Source: Acaryochloris marina MBIC11017
GTDB lineage: Bacteria; Cyanobacteriota; Cyanobacteriia; Thermosynechococcales; Thermosynechococcaceae
Direction: 5' to 3'
DNA: 32,000 bases
NCBI RefSeq assembly: GCF_000018105.1
Contig: NC_009925.1
Location: 4,860,001 to 4,892,000 of the forward strand
In this document: positions 1-12,076 of the stretch, piece by piece
Layout of the letters: each line of letters starts with the position of its first letter
How positions within the stretch are numbered: the first letter of the stretch is position 1
The notes under the pieces: model-generated
Seen by the model: only the letters and a program-made list of their open reading frames with translations
What the model was told of the DNA's origin: nothing
The model's database searches: none
Position numbers and translations under genes: made by a program

Positions 1-45
1 CAGTGGTAAGGCAATCTCGACTAGCAGGGACTTAATGTCCGAAAA

Positions 46-921
46 TTAGCCCACTAATGCAGGTTCCCCCATTCGACCAGAGAGCATTGGCGCTGTATCA
101 AATAAGTCAGAGCACAGCACTTCGCAGGAATTATTCGGACTTTCAATCAGCTTGATGCGATGAAGTTCTGCCCCAATTTTGAGGATCGGCTCTCGCAGGA
201 GTTTGGCGATATAGAATGCAATATTTTCAGCCGTAGGAACGACCTTTTCAAAGTAGGGAATGTCTTTATTCAAGAAGGTATGGTCAAGGGGGTCTAGGAC
301 CACATCGTCGACCAGGCTTTGGAGAGCGACTAAATCCACAATCATGCCTGTCCGGGCATCCACCTCACCTTTAACGGTCACTTCTAGGTGGTAGTTATGG
401 CCATGACCATGAGGTCGAGCGCATTTGCCATAGATTTCGCAGTTTTCTTCAAAACTCAGTTCGGGAAGTGCTAATCGATGCGCAGCACTAAAATGACTTC
501 CAACAGTTAAATAGGCTTCCATGCCAGCTCCTTTGTAGTCGGCCCACAGTTTGGGATGTTCAAAAAGTTGAATGTTTACGATTGGCAAGTGGGGTTCTAA
601 CCGCTGCCAGATCACCCGTGCCAGATGCTCCGTAGTGGGTAGGGTTTCCTTAAACTCAGGCCATACCTCATTCAGATAGGAAAAATTAAGGGGGGCAGTA
701 ACCTCCCGCTTAATCACTTGCTTGACGTTTGAGAGATTTAAAACCATCCCATATTGATCGAGTTCGCCCCACATGGAGACAAACAATTCATAGTTATGGC
801 CATGGCCCGGGGAACGTGTACATTGTCCAAATTTTTCCTGATTTTCTGATTTAGATAGCTCAGGTAACCAATACCGATGGCTGGCAGAAAACTCAGCGCG
901 TCGGTGGATAAGACATTTCAT
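46..921 (-). CDS. Tandem two-domain 6-pyruvoyl-tetrahydropterin synthase / QueD-family (T-fold) protein
   Basis: ORF 46..975. It contains two internal copies of the PTPS/QueD signature (CTRSPGHGHNYELFV and CARPHGHGHNYHLEV), each preceded by an F-S-A-x-HR...LPEL segment. I prefer the ATG at 921 (MKCLIHRRAEFSASHRYW) because the conserved domain starts directly after it. The ATG at 975 is an alternative start. Confidence 0.8.
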   Translation of the reverse strand: MKCLIHRRAEFSASHRYWLPELSKSENQEKFGQCTRSPGHGHNYELFVSMWGELDQYGMVLNLSNVKQVIKREVTAPLNFSYLNEVWPEFKETLPTTEHLARVIWQRLEPHLPIVNIQLFEHPKLWADYKGAGMEAYLTVGSHFSAAHRLALPELSFEENCEIYGKCARPHGHGHNYHLEVTVKGEVDARTGMIVDLVALQSLVDDVVLDPLDHTFLNKDIPYFEKVVPTAENIAFYIAKLLREPILKIGAELHRIKLIESPNNSCEVLCSDLFDTAPMLSGRMGEPALVG

Positions 922-1025
922 AACAAGGCAAACCGTAGCAACAGCCGCTCTTCGTTGGAGACACGGCGATAACATTTCTTAAAATTTTAACCTATGGCTC
1001 AGGTTCTCTGGGTTAAGCCAGAAGC

Positions 1026-3399
<2,374 letters not shown>

Positions 3400-3640
3400 T
3401 TATGTCCCTTGGATTACAGCGTCTTTTATTAACCACCGACCTGCCAAGTGGTGGCTCACAGCCCTAATTATACCTTTGCAAACTGTAACAATTCAGAAAA
3501 TCTGAAAAAAATATAAAACTTTCTTCAATCAACCTGTTATCAAGCTCTGAAAATTAGCAGCTATATCATAATTAATTCGTTACCGGAACCCCAAGAGTTT
3601 GAGTGTAGGATCGAAAACCCAAAGACATAGGAATTTCTGG

Positions 3641-4180
3641 ATGTCGTCGAATGAAAAAACTAAAGTAGGGAACGCAACAGATGCCCTAACTGGACTAATG
3701 CTACCTGACTTGATTCCCGACCATCTCATTCAGCAACCGCAATGCGGCATCACCATCTTGGACATCGACACATTTCGAGTTTTTACTGCATGTTATGGCT
3801 ATCAGGAAAGCGATGCAGTCCTCAGAGACTTAGCTCAGACCCTGCAAAGAATGGCTCCTGAACAATGTCATATTTTTCGATCCGCAGGGGATGAGTTCAC
3901 CATTCTGATGGAATACTTACCCATCAATCAGTTGCTAGATTTTGCATTTAAACTGAGTAAGGCGATTAAGGCACAGTTTGCTCATTACCCAGCGGGAAAG
4001 TATTTTTATTTGATCAAAGATAAGCCAAGTTCTCGGATTCAGAGTATTCCATTGACCGTTTCTTGCGGCGTCGCTCTTTATCCAGATCATGGAAACAGCT
4101 ACGCATGGATAAAAGAAGCGATATATCAGGCCTGGTACATTCAAGGGAAGCGAGAAGTAGTGACTTCCCTGCCACTTTAG
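3641..4180 (+). CDS. Stand-alone degenerate GGDEF-domain protein (AGDEF variant)
   Basis: ORF 3599..4180 opens on TTG; the first ATG is at 3641. GGDEF-domain landmarks appear in order: DALTGL, ILDIDTFRVFTACYGYQESDAVLRDLAQTL (a DxD-F..N..GH..GD..L-like block in which N/H are replaced by T/Y), and RSAGDEF in place of RxGGDEF. No sensor domain or TM segment is present. Confidence 0.55.
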   Translation: MSSNEKTKVGNATDALTGLMLPDLIPDHLIQQPQCGITILDIDTFRVFTACYGYQESDAVLRDLAQTLQRMAPEQCHIFRSAGDEFTILMEYLPINQLLDFAFKLSKAIKAQFAHYPAGKYFYLIKDKPSSRIQSIPLTVSCGVALYPDHGNSYAWIKEAIYQAWYIQGKREVVTSLPL

Positions 4181-4366
4181 ATTCTGTTCAAGACTTTGCT
4201 AAGCAATTATTTGTGGATGATCAGTCAATGAGTGTTGGTAAAAGTCAGTAATATCAAGGCTTAGCTGCATGGCAGTAAGTGTCAGCTCGTCCTTCTAACC
4301 CACTTTCCCAAGTCAAGATCTTGTTATATTTAAGAGCGACTTAAGCTTTTCACCCAGTCCCATTAA

Positions 4367-5353
4367 ATGAACGTTTCTATCGTCCTAGTTGCTCTTCTCG
4401 TCCTGATTATCGTTGGTATTGCAGTTTATCTGCTCACTGCCCGTAGCTATAACTCTGCTGATTCCGTTGCCAACTCCTACGATCAGTGGACGGAAGACGG
4501 CATTTTAGAGTTTTATTGGGGCGAGCATATTCATCTAGGGCACTATGGCTCTCCTCCCCACCGTAAAAACTTCTTGAAAGCAAAATATGATTTTGTCCAT
4601 GAGATGGTGGCCTGGGGAGGCTTGGATAAATTCCCAGCAGGGACAACCCTTTTAGATGTGGGCTGTGGCTTTGGTGGCAGTAGCCGAGTTTTAGCTAAAG
4701 ATTATGGCTTTTCTGTCACTGGGGTAACCATCAGTCCGAAGCAAGTTGAGCGGGCTAGAGAGTTAACCCCAGACGGGGTAGATGCTCAGTTCAAAGTGGA
4801 TGATGCCATGGCCTTGTCCTATCCAGATGCCAGCTTTGATGTGGTCTGGTCTGTCGAAGCAGGCCCCCATATGCCGGACAAAGCCGTATTTGCCAAAGAG
4901 CTGATGAGAGTCCTGAAGCCTGGCGGTATATTAGTGCTTGCAGATTGGAACCAGCGCGACGATCGGCAGAAACCCCTGAACTTTTGGGAACGGCCTGTGA
5001 TGCGCCAGCTTCTAGATCAATGGTCCCACCCTACCTTTGCCAGTATTGAAGGCTTTTCTGAAGAACTGGCCGCCACGGGGTTTGTCGATGGCAATGTGAT
5101 CACCTCTGATTGGACGAAAGAGACCCTACCGTCTTGGTTAGATTCCATTTGGCAGGGCGTAGCCCGTCCGGCTGGCTTAGTAAAGTTTGGTTTTTCTGGC
5201 TTATTGAAATCTTTGCGAGAAGTCCCGACAATTTTGTTGATGCGGTTGGCCTTTGGTGCTGGACTCTGTCGCTTTGGCATGTTTCGAGCCCAACGAGCCA
5301 ATACTGCGATGAACTCCCATGCAGGCACGGTCAACGAAATTGCTCAGGTATAA
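4367..5353 (+). CDS. SAM-dependent methyltransferase, MPBQ/MSBQ (2-methyl-6-phytyl/solanesyl-benzoquinol) methyltransferase type
   Basis: 328 aa with an N-terminal TM helix and SAM motif I (LLDVGCGFGGSS). Long stretches match the sequence I recall for Synechocystis Sll0418: YDQWTEDGILEFYWGEHIHLGHYG, VVWSVEAGPHMPDKAVFAKEL, ADWNQRDDRQ and LMRLAFGAGLCRFGMF. Confidence 0.85.
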   Translation: MNVSIVLVALLVLIIVGIAVYLLTARSYNSADSVANSYDQWTEDGILEFYWGEHIHLGHYGSPPHRKNFLKAKYDFVHEMVAWGGLDKFPAGTTLLDVGCGFGGSSRVLAKDYGFSVTGVTISPKQVERARELTPDGVDAQFKVDDAMALSYPDASFDVVWSVEAGPHMPDKAVFAKELMRVLKPGGILVLADWNQRDDRQKPLNFWERPVMRQLLDQWSHPTFASIEGFSEELAATGFVDGNVITSDWTKETLPSWLDSIWQGVARPAGLVKFGFSGLLKSLREVPTILLMRLAFGAGLCRFGMFRAQRANTAMNSHAGTVNEIAQV

Positions 5354-5390
5354 AGTAGGTTTGAGTTCGGACAATTTTGCCCTACCTCTG

Positions 5391-6557
5391 TCAGGTAGCT
5401 GAAGCAATGCCTAAATCCTGATAGAAGGAGAATAGACGTTTGAACACCACATTTTCGTCGTATTCGGCTTCTACTCTCTGTCGCCCCGCGGCTCCATAGG
5501 CTGTTCTTAAGTCTGGATCTGCCAACAAGGGCCGTAGAGCGTTGGCCAAAGGCGTACTTGTTTGGGACGGTACGATTTCTCCGGTTTGGCCTGGAAGAAC
5601 AGCCTCCCGACACCCCCGAATATCCGTTGTCACCACGGGCACACTCATAGCCATCGCTTCCAGAATGGAACGGGGTAATCCCTCATGGGCAAAAGTTGCC
5701 AGGACAAAAATATCCATTAACCCTAGCATTTCGGGAATATCCGTTCGATCCCCAGTAAACGTGACATGGGACTTGAGGTTCAGCTGTTCAATTTTTTCAG
5801 ACAGCTGGTGGTAATAGGGTTCTGGATCAGACTTGAGTTCCCCACCCACCACTAAAATATGCAGTTGGGGAAATTCCTCTACTAACTGTGCTGCCGCTTC
5901 AATTAAATAGCCACTGCCTTTGGTTCGGGTTAATCGCCCAACTGTACCGACAATCAGTTTGGCAGAGGCTGGAATTCCTAACTCATCTCGCAAACGAGAT
6001 TGGTGATCTGAATCTAAAACACTGCGACTAAATCGATCAATATCAACTCCATTACCGAGGTAGACCAGTTTCGATTCAGGGCACAACTTCTTTTGGGCAG
6101 CCGTCTCTATATCTTCATGGTTTTGGGACAGAATTAAGTTGGTGATTTTTGCACATCCATACTCAATCGCAAAATACATCTGGTATTGCAGAGGTGGAGT
6201 CAATTGATGAAACGGCAGACCGTGGGAGGTATACACAATTGTGGGCACCCCAGCCAGCTTTGCTGCAATACGTCCCAACACCGCAGCAATCGGGGTATGA
6301 ACATGGACTAGATCGTAAGCTTGCGATCGCATCAACTGAATCAGACCCTGTATAGTCTTGAAGTTTAACAGGGGCGAAATCTTACGATCAATTTGAATCG
6401 GGTGAACCGTATACCCCTGGGCCTGTAGACGATCGACGGCACTATCGGGGGAGCAAGCAATATCAACCGTAAGATGTTGCGATCGCAAGTAATCAATTTG
6501 AGGCAATAACAACGTTTCCGCCGTGGCTCCCAAAGCGCAAACATGTAAAACTTTCAT
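5391..6557 (-). CDS. Glycosyltransferase family 4 (GT-B fold)
   Basis: 388 aa with a typical GT4 layout. The N-terminal half starts MKVLHV. The C-terminal half carries GRLTRTKG...FVLATFAHEGLPRSILEAMAMSVPVVTTD (the E-x7-E region). It contains two HIP1 sites, so it looks native and lies on the edge of the polysaccharide island. Confidence 0.85.
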   Translation of the reverse strand: MKVLHVCALGATAETLLLPQIDYLRSQHLTVDIACSPDSAVDRLQAQGYTVHPIQIDRKISPLLNFKTIQGLIQLMRSQAYDLVHVHTPIAAVLGRIAAKLAGVPTIVYTSHGLPFHQLTPPLQYQMYFAIEYGCAKITNLILSQNHEDIETAAQKKLCPESKLVYLGNGVDIDRFSRSVLDSDHQSRLRDELGIPASAKLIVGTVGRLTRTKGSGYLIEAAAQLVEEFPQLHILVVGGELKSDPEPYYHQLSEKIEQLNLKSHVTFTGDRTDIPEMLGLMDIFVLATFAHEGLPRSILEAMAMSVPVVTTDIRGCREAVLPGQTGEIVPSQTSTPLANALRPLLADPDLRTAYGAAGRQRVEAEYDENVVFKRLFSFYQDLGIASAT

Positions 6558-6603
6558 TCCTTCTTTGTTTACCCCTCTTCTTACTCAAGTAGACTTTTAA
6601 AAA

Positions 6604-8027
6604 ATGGGCAAAGGACTGATGCGAAAAAAGATACAAAAAGCTATTTCACTACTATGGAGCTGTATTTTTTTATCAGCATACTTTAATGCTAGTACCAATA
6701 GAACCATTGCTGCTGAAATAACCAGCACACAATCTCGACAATATGAAAAGAGCAACGAAGACTTCCCCAATCCAGAACGCGGTTTTTTTTTCCATATAGC
6801 CCTTGGGGAACTCAACTTCGCCCTTCCCTTAAGCTACATGAGCTGCAAAAGTTAAGAACCCAAAACATAACATTAGCGCGAAGAATCTATCTCATCTCTG
6901 AGTTTAGAACACAACCTTTATCGCAATCATTCCTAGATAAAGTATCTACGGATCTTGCAACAGCCCGAAAGGCCGGGATAAAGCTAATCATCAGATTTGC
7001 CTACAATTGGCTGGGAGGAGGGGAAGACACCTCAGTAAAGAGAATAAGTTTTCATTTGGATCAGTTAGAGCCAATACTGAAAAACAATTATGACGCTATT
7101 GCTTATCTAGAAGCAGGATTTATTGGATACTGGGGGGAATGGAATCGATCAACTAATGGACTACGAACTAACCCTCAAGCAAGAAGAAAAATATTACAAA
7201 AATTACTATCCGTTCTGCCTCCCCAACGAATGGTCGCTCTAAGATATTCCTATTACAAAGGTGATATTTTTAACCAACAACGACCGCTCTCTGAGAGCGA
7301 AGCCTTCAATAGAAGCGGTAGAGCTAGAACCGGAGCACATAATGATTGCTTTCTAGCTGGAATCGACGATTGGGGTACGTATAGCCACACCGATCCGAAG
7401 ATTATTAACCAGCAAAAGGCATTTTTGAACTCAGATAACCGATATCTAGTACAGGGTGGGGAAGTCTGCAATCCTAGCCCTTATGATGACTGTCCCAATG
7501 CACAAAAAGAGCTAGCCTACATGCGCTGGAGTACATTAAATGGCTTTCCTTCAGATGGGAAAAGTATATTGGCCGACTGGGTGACTCAAGGCTGTATGGC
7601 CAATATCAAGCGTCGCCTCGGTTATCGGTTTCGCTTACTCAATGCAGAAATGTCCAACAAAATTGCCGCTGGTGAACCGTTTGCCTTAAACCTTTCAGTC
7701 ATAAATGAGGGCTGGGCTACTGCCTATAATCCTCGAAAGTTAGAAATTATTCTTCGCCACAAATCAACAAGACGGAACTATACTCTACTTACAGAAGAAA
7801 ATCCTCAATTTTGGATGCCTGGGCAAAAGACCACTATCAATATCATTGCCAAAACTCCCAGTACCTTACCATCGGGGACATATGAAGTATTTTTGAACCT
7901 TCCAGATCCATCGAAGGAATTATCGCATCGGCCAGAGTATTCGATCAGACTAGCAAATAAAGGCACTTGGGAAGAAGATGATGGATTCAATTCACTACAA
8001 ATGAATCTAATCATTCGAAGCAAGTAA
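6604..8027 (+). pseudogene. Secreted DUF4874/DUF4832 (glycoside-hydrolase-like TIM barrel) protein, split by a -1 frame change at a T9 run
   Basis: ORF 6604..6855 encodes a signal peptide followed by NPERGFFF, the conserved start of DUF4874, and then terminates. I translated the -1 frame by hand from the T-run. It is open from 6747 through 8027 and reads FFFPYSPWG..LRTQNITLARRIYLISEF..ARKAGIKLIIRFAYNW..HLDQLEPILKNNYDAIAYLEAGFIGYWGEWNRS. That is the expected continuation of the family into ORF 7056..8027. Confidence 0.75.
6783..6791 (+). repeat. T9 homopolymer at the frame junction of the DUF4874/DUF4832 gene
   Basis: Direct count: g6782, then t6783..t6791, then c6792. The upstream reading frame has codon starts at 1 mod 3 and the downstream frame at 0 mod 3. 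Confidence 0.95.
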
Positions 8028-8099
8028 ATCGCATTCAAGAGCTTTAAAAAACACTTTATTTAACTTCTGATTAACCTCAGAAATATTTAGGAAAGGTAG

Positions 8100-9485
8100 A
8101 TGGAGCAAAGTAAACCACAGAAACTATTTTCTTCCCTAAAAAAAATAAAGAATAGCTCCCTAAATAACCAGATTTTCAGTGCCACACTGATTGTAGTGAT
8201 GCTGACAGTAGGTGTCAAAATTGCTTCATTTATTAAAGATCTTGTTGTGGCTTGGCGTTTTGGCACCAGAGATGAGTTAGATGCCTTTCTGATTGCTTTG
8301 GTCGTTCCATCTCTACTCAGCAATGTTGTCGCATCTTCTTTTAACTCTGCCCTTATTCCTACCTATATACAGCTTAGAGAAACTAGAGGAATATCTGCAG
8401 CAAATAAGCTATTCTCCAATTTGATGGTCTGTGTTCTTATAATACTAAGCCTACTATCAATATTGATGTTAGGTTTTGCTCATTTATATTTGCCACTTCT
8501 TGCAGCAGGCTTTGATGAACAGAAACTAGCTTTAACGTTTAGAATACTGTGTATCATTTCTCCTATCATTCTCCTAGACGGAATCATTTGTAATTGGCGA
8601 GCAGTATTGAATGCGGAAGAAAATTTTACTGTAGCTGGTGTTGCACCAATCTTTACACCCATTGTGACCATTATTCTCCTTATACAGGTTCATTCATGGG
8701 GTGTTTATACTTTAGCAGTTGGATTATGTGCTGGGATGATCTTAGAGATACTAGCAATAGGACTCACACTCAGTAGAAAAGGGATTCCACTCATCCCCAA
8801 ATGGCAGGGGTGGGACGACAATTTAACCCATATTTTTAAGCAATATCTCTTGGTCTTATCTGGAGCTGTTTTGCTTTGCAGTGCCGTTCCAATTGATCAA
8901 GCGATGGCAGCAATGCTATCCCCTGGGAGTGTGGCCTCACTAAACTATGGGAATAAAGTAATTGCTGCTCCCATGGGGCTTTTTACCAGTGGTTTAACAG
9001 CTTCAATCATACCGTATTGCTCAAAAATGTATGCCAATGGAGACTGGATAAAAATCAGGCAAACGTTTAGACAAAACCTAGGCTTAATTGTCCTCATTGG
9101 CATCTCCTTAACTATACTAACAATTCTCTTTTCAGAGCCAATTGTTCAATTTATTTTTCAGAGAGGTTCTTTTGTTGAAAAAGACACTAAAATTGTTAGC
9201 CAAATACAATCTTTATACTCTCTGCAAATTCCATTTTATATCGGAAATCTATTTTTAATTCGTCTAGCCAGTTCGATCAAGCAAAATCATCTTCTCTTAT
9301 GGGTTTCCGGTTTAGATCTCATCATAAATATAATCCTTAATTATATATTTATCAATATGATAGGAATCAAAGGAATAGCACTTTCAACTAGTATTGTCTA
9401 TGTATTTTCTTTCTTTTTTCTCTTCCTAAAAATCAACAAGTACACGAGTCAAGAAGCCAATAATTTAAATGCTGCGAACCATTGA
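8100..9485 (+). CDS. MurJ/MviN-family (MOP superfamily) polysaccharide/lipid-linked oligosaccharide flippase
   Basis: 461-aa polytopic membrane protein. The N-terminus has the MurJ pattern (KIASFIKDLVVAWRFGTRDELDAFLIALVVPSLL..ALIPTY). It sits among glycosyltransferases and has a GAAAGG Shine-Dalgarno-like motif upstream of the ATG. Confidence 0.8.
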   Translation: MEQSKPQKLFSSLKKIKNSSLNNQIFSATLIVVMLTVGVKIASFIKDLVVAWRFGTRDELDAFLIALVVPSLLSNVVASSFNSALIPTYIQLRETRGISAANKLFSNLMVCVLIILSLLSILMLGFAHLYLPLLAAGFDEQKLALTFRILCIISPIILLDGIICNWRAVLNAEENFTVAGVAPIFTPIVTIILLIQVHSWGVYTLAVGLCAGMILEILAIGLTLSRKGIPLIPKWQGWDDNLTHIFKQYLLVLSGAVLLCSAVPIDQAMAAMLSPGSVASLNYGNKVIAAPMGLFTSGLTASIIPYCSKMYANGDWIKIRQTFRQNLGLIVLIGISLTILTILFSEPIVQFIFQRGSFVEKDTKIVSQIQSLYSLQIPFYIGNLFLIRLASSIKQNHLLLWVSGLDLIINIILNYIFINMIGIKGIALSTSIVYVFSFFFLFLKINKYTSQEANNLNAANH

Positions 9486-9602
9486 GGCAAGCATCTAGTG
9501 GAATTTTTATACTAAGAATAAACTTATAGATTTAAATAATTATTAGATAAAATAATCCATAAGCGAACCGACCTGCACAACTAATATTCCACATGTAAAG
9601 TC

Positions 9603-10718
9603 ATGAAACATTTAGCTTTTTTTCTGCCAACTCTTCACGGTGGAGGTGCCGAGAAAGTAGTTATTGCCTTAGCCAATGGCTTTATTGAAAGAGGTATACC
9701 GATTGATTTAGTACTAGTCAATTCAGAAGGTGAATATTTTAATCAGATTAATTCCGAAGTTAATATTGTCGATCTCCAGCAAACCAGAGCTTTAAAAGCT
9801 GTAATACCTTTAGTTAAGTATTTACAAAGCTCTAAGCCATCTGTACTCATCTCCCACATGAGCCGGGCTAATCTTGCAGCCATCATAGCCAAAAAATTGT
9901 CCAGGGTAGATACGTCTCTAATCTTAGTGGAGCACAATACCCTATCTGCCACTCAGTCAAAATTATTCCGGGCTAAATTATTTCCATTCTTCATGAAACT
10001 GCTATATCCCCAAGCTGACACAATTATTGGTGTTTCTCAAGCAGCGTCAAGAGACTTAGAAAAATCATTAAACTTGAAGGCAGGGTGCATTCAAACGATA
10101 TACAACCCAGTTGTAGATAAGACCTTAGGTTTAATGGCGGAGCAACCCATACAACATCAATGGTTAGAAATTGGATCCCCTCCTGTATTTTTGGCAGTCG
10201 GTAGATTGACTGCACAAAAAGATTTCGATACCGCCATCAATGCATTTGCAATTGTCAGAAAAAAAATTCCCTCCCGGCTCATGATTTTAGGTGAAGGGGA
10301 ACTGAGACCACACATTGAATACCTTATTTCCACCCTCGATATTGCCCAAGATGTGCTTATGCCGGGTTTTGTGCAGAATCCGTTCGCATATATGAGTAAA
10401 GCAGCAGCATTTATCCTATCGTCTCGATGGGAAGGATTAGGGAATGTTCTGATTGAAGCAATGGCATGTGGCACTCCAGTTATTTCCACTAATTGCCCCC
10501 ATGGACCAAAAGAAATCTTGGAAAATGGCAAATATGGCCAATTAGTGCCTGTCGGTGATGCGAATGCCCTCGCCAAAGCCATGCAGAACGTCTTAGAAAC
10601 CCCCATAGATTGTGAACGTCTGATTGAAAGAGCTAATTACTTTTCAGTCGAGCGTGCAATCACTCAATATCTATCAGTTATTGGCATTAACGAACCCTTG
10701 AAACAATCAACTCTATGA
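9603..10718 (+). CDS. Glycosyltransferase family 4
   Basis: 371 aa. MKHLAFFLPTLHGGGAEKV at the N-terminus, and GRLTAQKDF...FILSSRWEGLGNVLIEAMACGTPVISTN (E-x7-E) in the C-terminal half. Its stop overlaps the next gene's start (ATGA). Confidence 0.85.
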   Translation: MKHLAFFLPTLHGGGAEKVVIALANGFIERGIPIDLVLVNSEGEYFNQINSEVNIVDLQQTRALKAVIPLVKYLQSSKPSVLISHMSRANLAAIIAKKLSRVDTSLILVEHNTLSATQSKLFRAKLFPFFMKLLYPQADTIIGVSQAASRDLEKSLNLKAGCIQTIYNPVVDKTLGLMAEQPIQHQWLEIGSPPVFLAVGRLTAQKDFDTAINAFAIVRKKIPSRLMILGEGELRPHIEYLISTLDIAQDVLMPGFVQNPFAYMSKAAAFILSSRWEGLGNVLIEAMACGTPVISTNCPHGPKEILENGKYGQLVPVGDANALAKAMQNVLETPIDCERLIERANYFSVERAITQYLSVIGINEPLKQSTL

Positions 10719-12076
10719 TCCTATTAGCTTATCTTGGGCTAGTCATTTTCATTGTTATATTTGAACTCATCAGGGATAAACAGACTTTAATTGATTTCCT
10801 AAGTTTTTTTAATGTTCTTTTCTGCTTGGCATTTCCTTTGCCAGGCATATTCTTACTTCTTTCAGAGCACAGCAACCTAAATACATCTATCCTCAAAGGA
10901 ACGACGATTAACCTTAATAGTTTTCAAGTCCCTTTACTGATTTTTTTGACTTATTTTTTTGTTGCCATAGGATTCCATTTAGACTCTGCGACTAATTCTG
11001 CCAATAGAATTTATATCAAAGAAAAAAATAGTGGGCATTTTGTTTTCACCTATGCACTAATTTTATTGTTAATATCTTTTTCCTCGATCGTAGTCTATAG
11101 CGTTCAAAATGGTGGACTTATCAATGCAATTTCTAATGCATCTTTACTCCGTTCTACCGTTATTGAAACACCTCAATTCTCTTTAGTTAAGAGATTCTTC
11201 TTGCTATCTTTTATGGGATCTTTCTTGATATCTTCTATCCTATTCAATGATAAGTCAAAGGGAAGAAGTATTCAATTGTTGATTATATTTATATTTTCAA
11301 TTTCTATTTCTCTGCTTTCTTTTTTCCTAATTGCAACCCGCGCAAATGTTCTAAGATATTTACTCACATTCTATTTGGTATATTCCATCAGAAAAGGTAA
11401 ACACTCCTTGGGTGTTGTAATATTCTTTATTACATTACTGGCAATCATTTCTTCTTACGGGAAAGAAATATTTGGGAGTTTAATCTACCTTTCAGATGGT
11501 ATTGATGCTGTTACGGATAATTTTCAGAATAGTGTTGATGCAAATATACAGTCAGAAAGCGACCCATCTAACGTACTGGATGAATTCAGTGCTCCATTTT
11601 TCTCAATATTTGCAGCTACAAACTCCACCTATGAACTCAGGCTGTTGAGTGACTGGTTCTATGGATTAGCATCCTTTCTTCCTGATCGGATTTATGAAGC
11701 ACCACCAACTGTCTCTTATTACAATACAAATTTCTTAGTTAATACGGATAAATATGAAATTCCGTCTGGCTTTATCTCTTCATGTTTATATAGTATGTCT
11801 TGGCCAGGATTAATTATTTTTAGTTTATCCTACGGATGGATAGGGAGATTTATCCAGCAAGTCACTTATAATCATTCACTTGAAATTCATTGGATGCAAT
11901 ATATATATGTCTACTCTGCATTAGTTTGGTCAGACTATACGATATATGCAGATCCCAAAATATTACTACAAACACATTTTTGGTTTTTTATTTCATGTTT
12001 CTTTCTGATTGTATTATCAAGTAATTTATTTATATCTGATAAATATTCAATTGCAAGAATGAGGTCAGATAAGTGA
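10715..12076 (+). CDS. Putative O-antigen/EPS polymerase (Wzy-like polytopic membrane protein)
   Basis: 453 aa, very hydrophobic, with about 10 or more predicted TM segments and one larger hydrophilic loop (DAVTDNFQNSVDANIQSESDPSN). It has no recognisable enzymatic motif. It is translationally coupled between two GT4 genes, with a 4-nt overlap at each end. The call rests on context and topology only. Confidence 0.5.
   Translation: MILLAYLGLVIFIVIFELIRDKQTLIDFLSFFNVLFCLAFPLPGIFLLLSEHSNLNTSILKGTTINLNSFQVPLLIFLTYFFVAIGFHLDSATNSANRIYIKEKNSGHFVFTYALILLLISFSSIVVYSVQNGGLINAISNASLLRSTVIETPQFSLVKRFFLLSFMGSFLISSILFNDKSKGRSIQLLIIFIFSISISLLSFFLIATRANVLRYLLTFYLVYSIRKGKHSLGVVIFFITLLAIISSYGKEIFGSLIYLSDGIDAVTDNFQNSVDANIQSESDPSNVLDEFSAPFFSIFAATNSTYELRLLSDWFYGLASFLPDRIYEAPPTVSYYNTNFLVNTDKYEIPSGFISSCLYSMSWPGLIIFSLSYGWIGRFIQQVTYNHSLEIHWMQYIYVYSALVWSDYTIYADPKILLQTHFWFFISCFFLIVLSSNLFISDKYSIARMRSDK

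Noticed and set aside
5382-5398. 6-bp hairpin CTACCT-CTGTC-AGGTAG between the convergent methyltransferase and GT4 genes
   Set aside because: The stem is short, it overlaps the GT4 stop codon, and there is no T-tract. It is too weak to call a terminator.
6604-8027. Treating 6604..6855 and 7056..8027 as two independent genes
   Set aside because: The second ORF would start at a TTG in the middle of a conserved domain. The -1 frame is open from 6747 and continues the family sequence seamlessly from the T9 run.
10157-10606. 149-aa minus-strand ORF inside the second GT4 gene; similar antisense ORFs at 12858..13193, 5017..5613, 19702..20011 and 20316..20726
   Set aside because: All are embedded antisense or out of frame in ORFs that carry clear family motifs. 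None has a motif or a plausible RBS.
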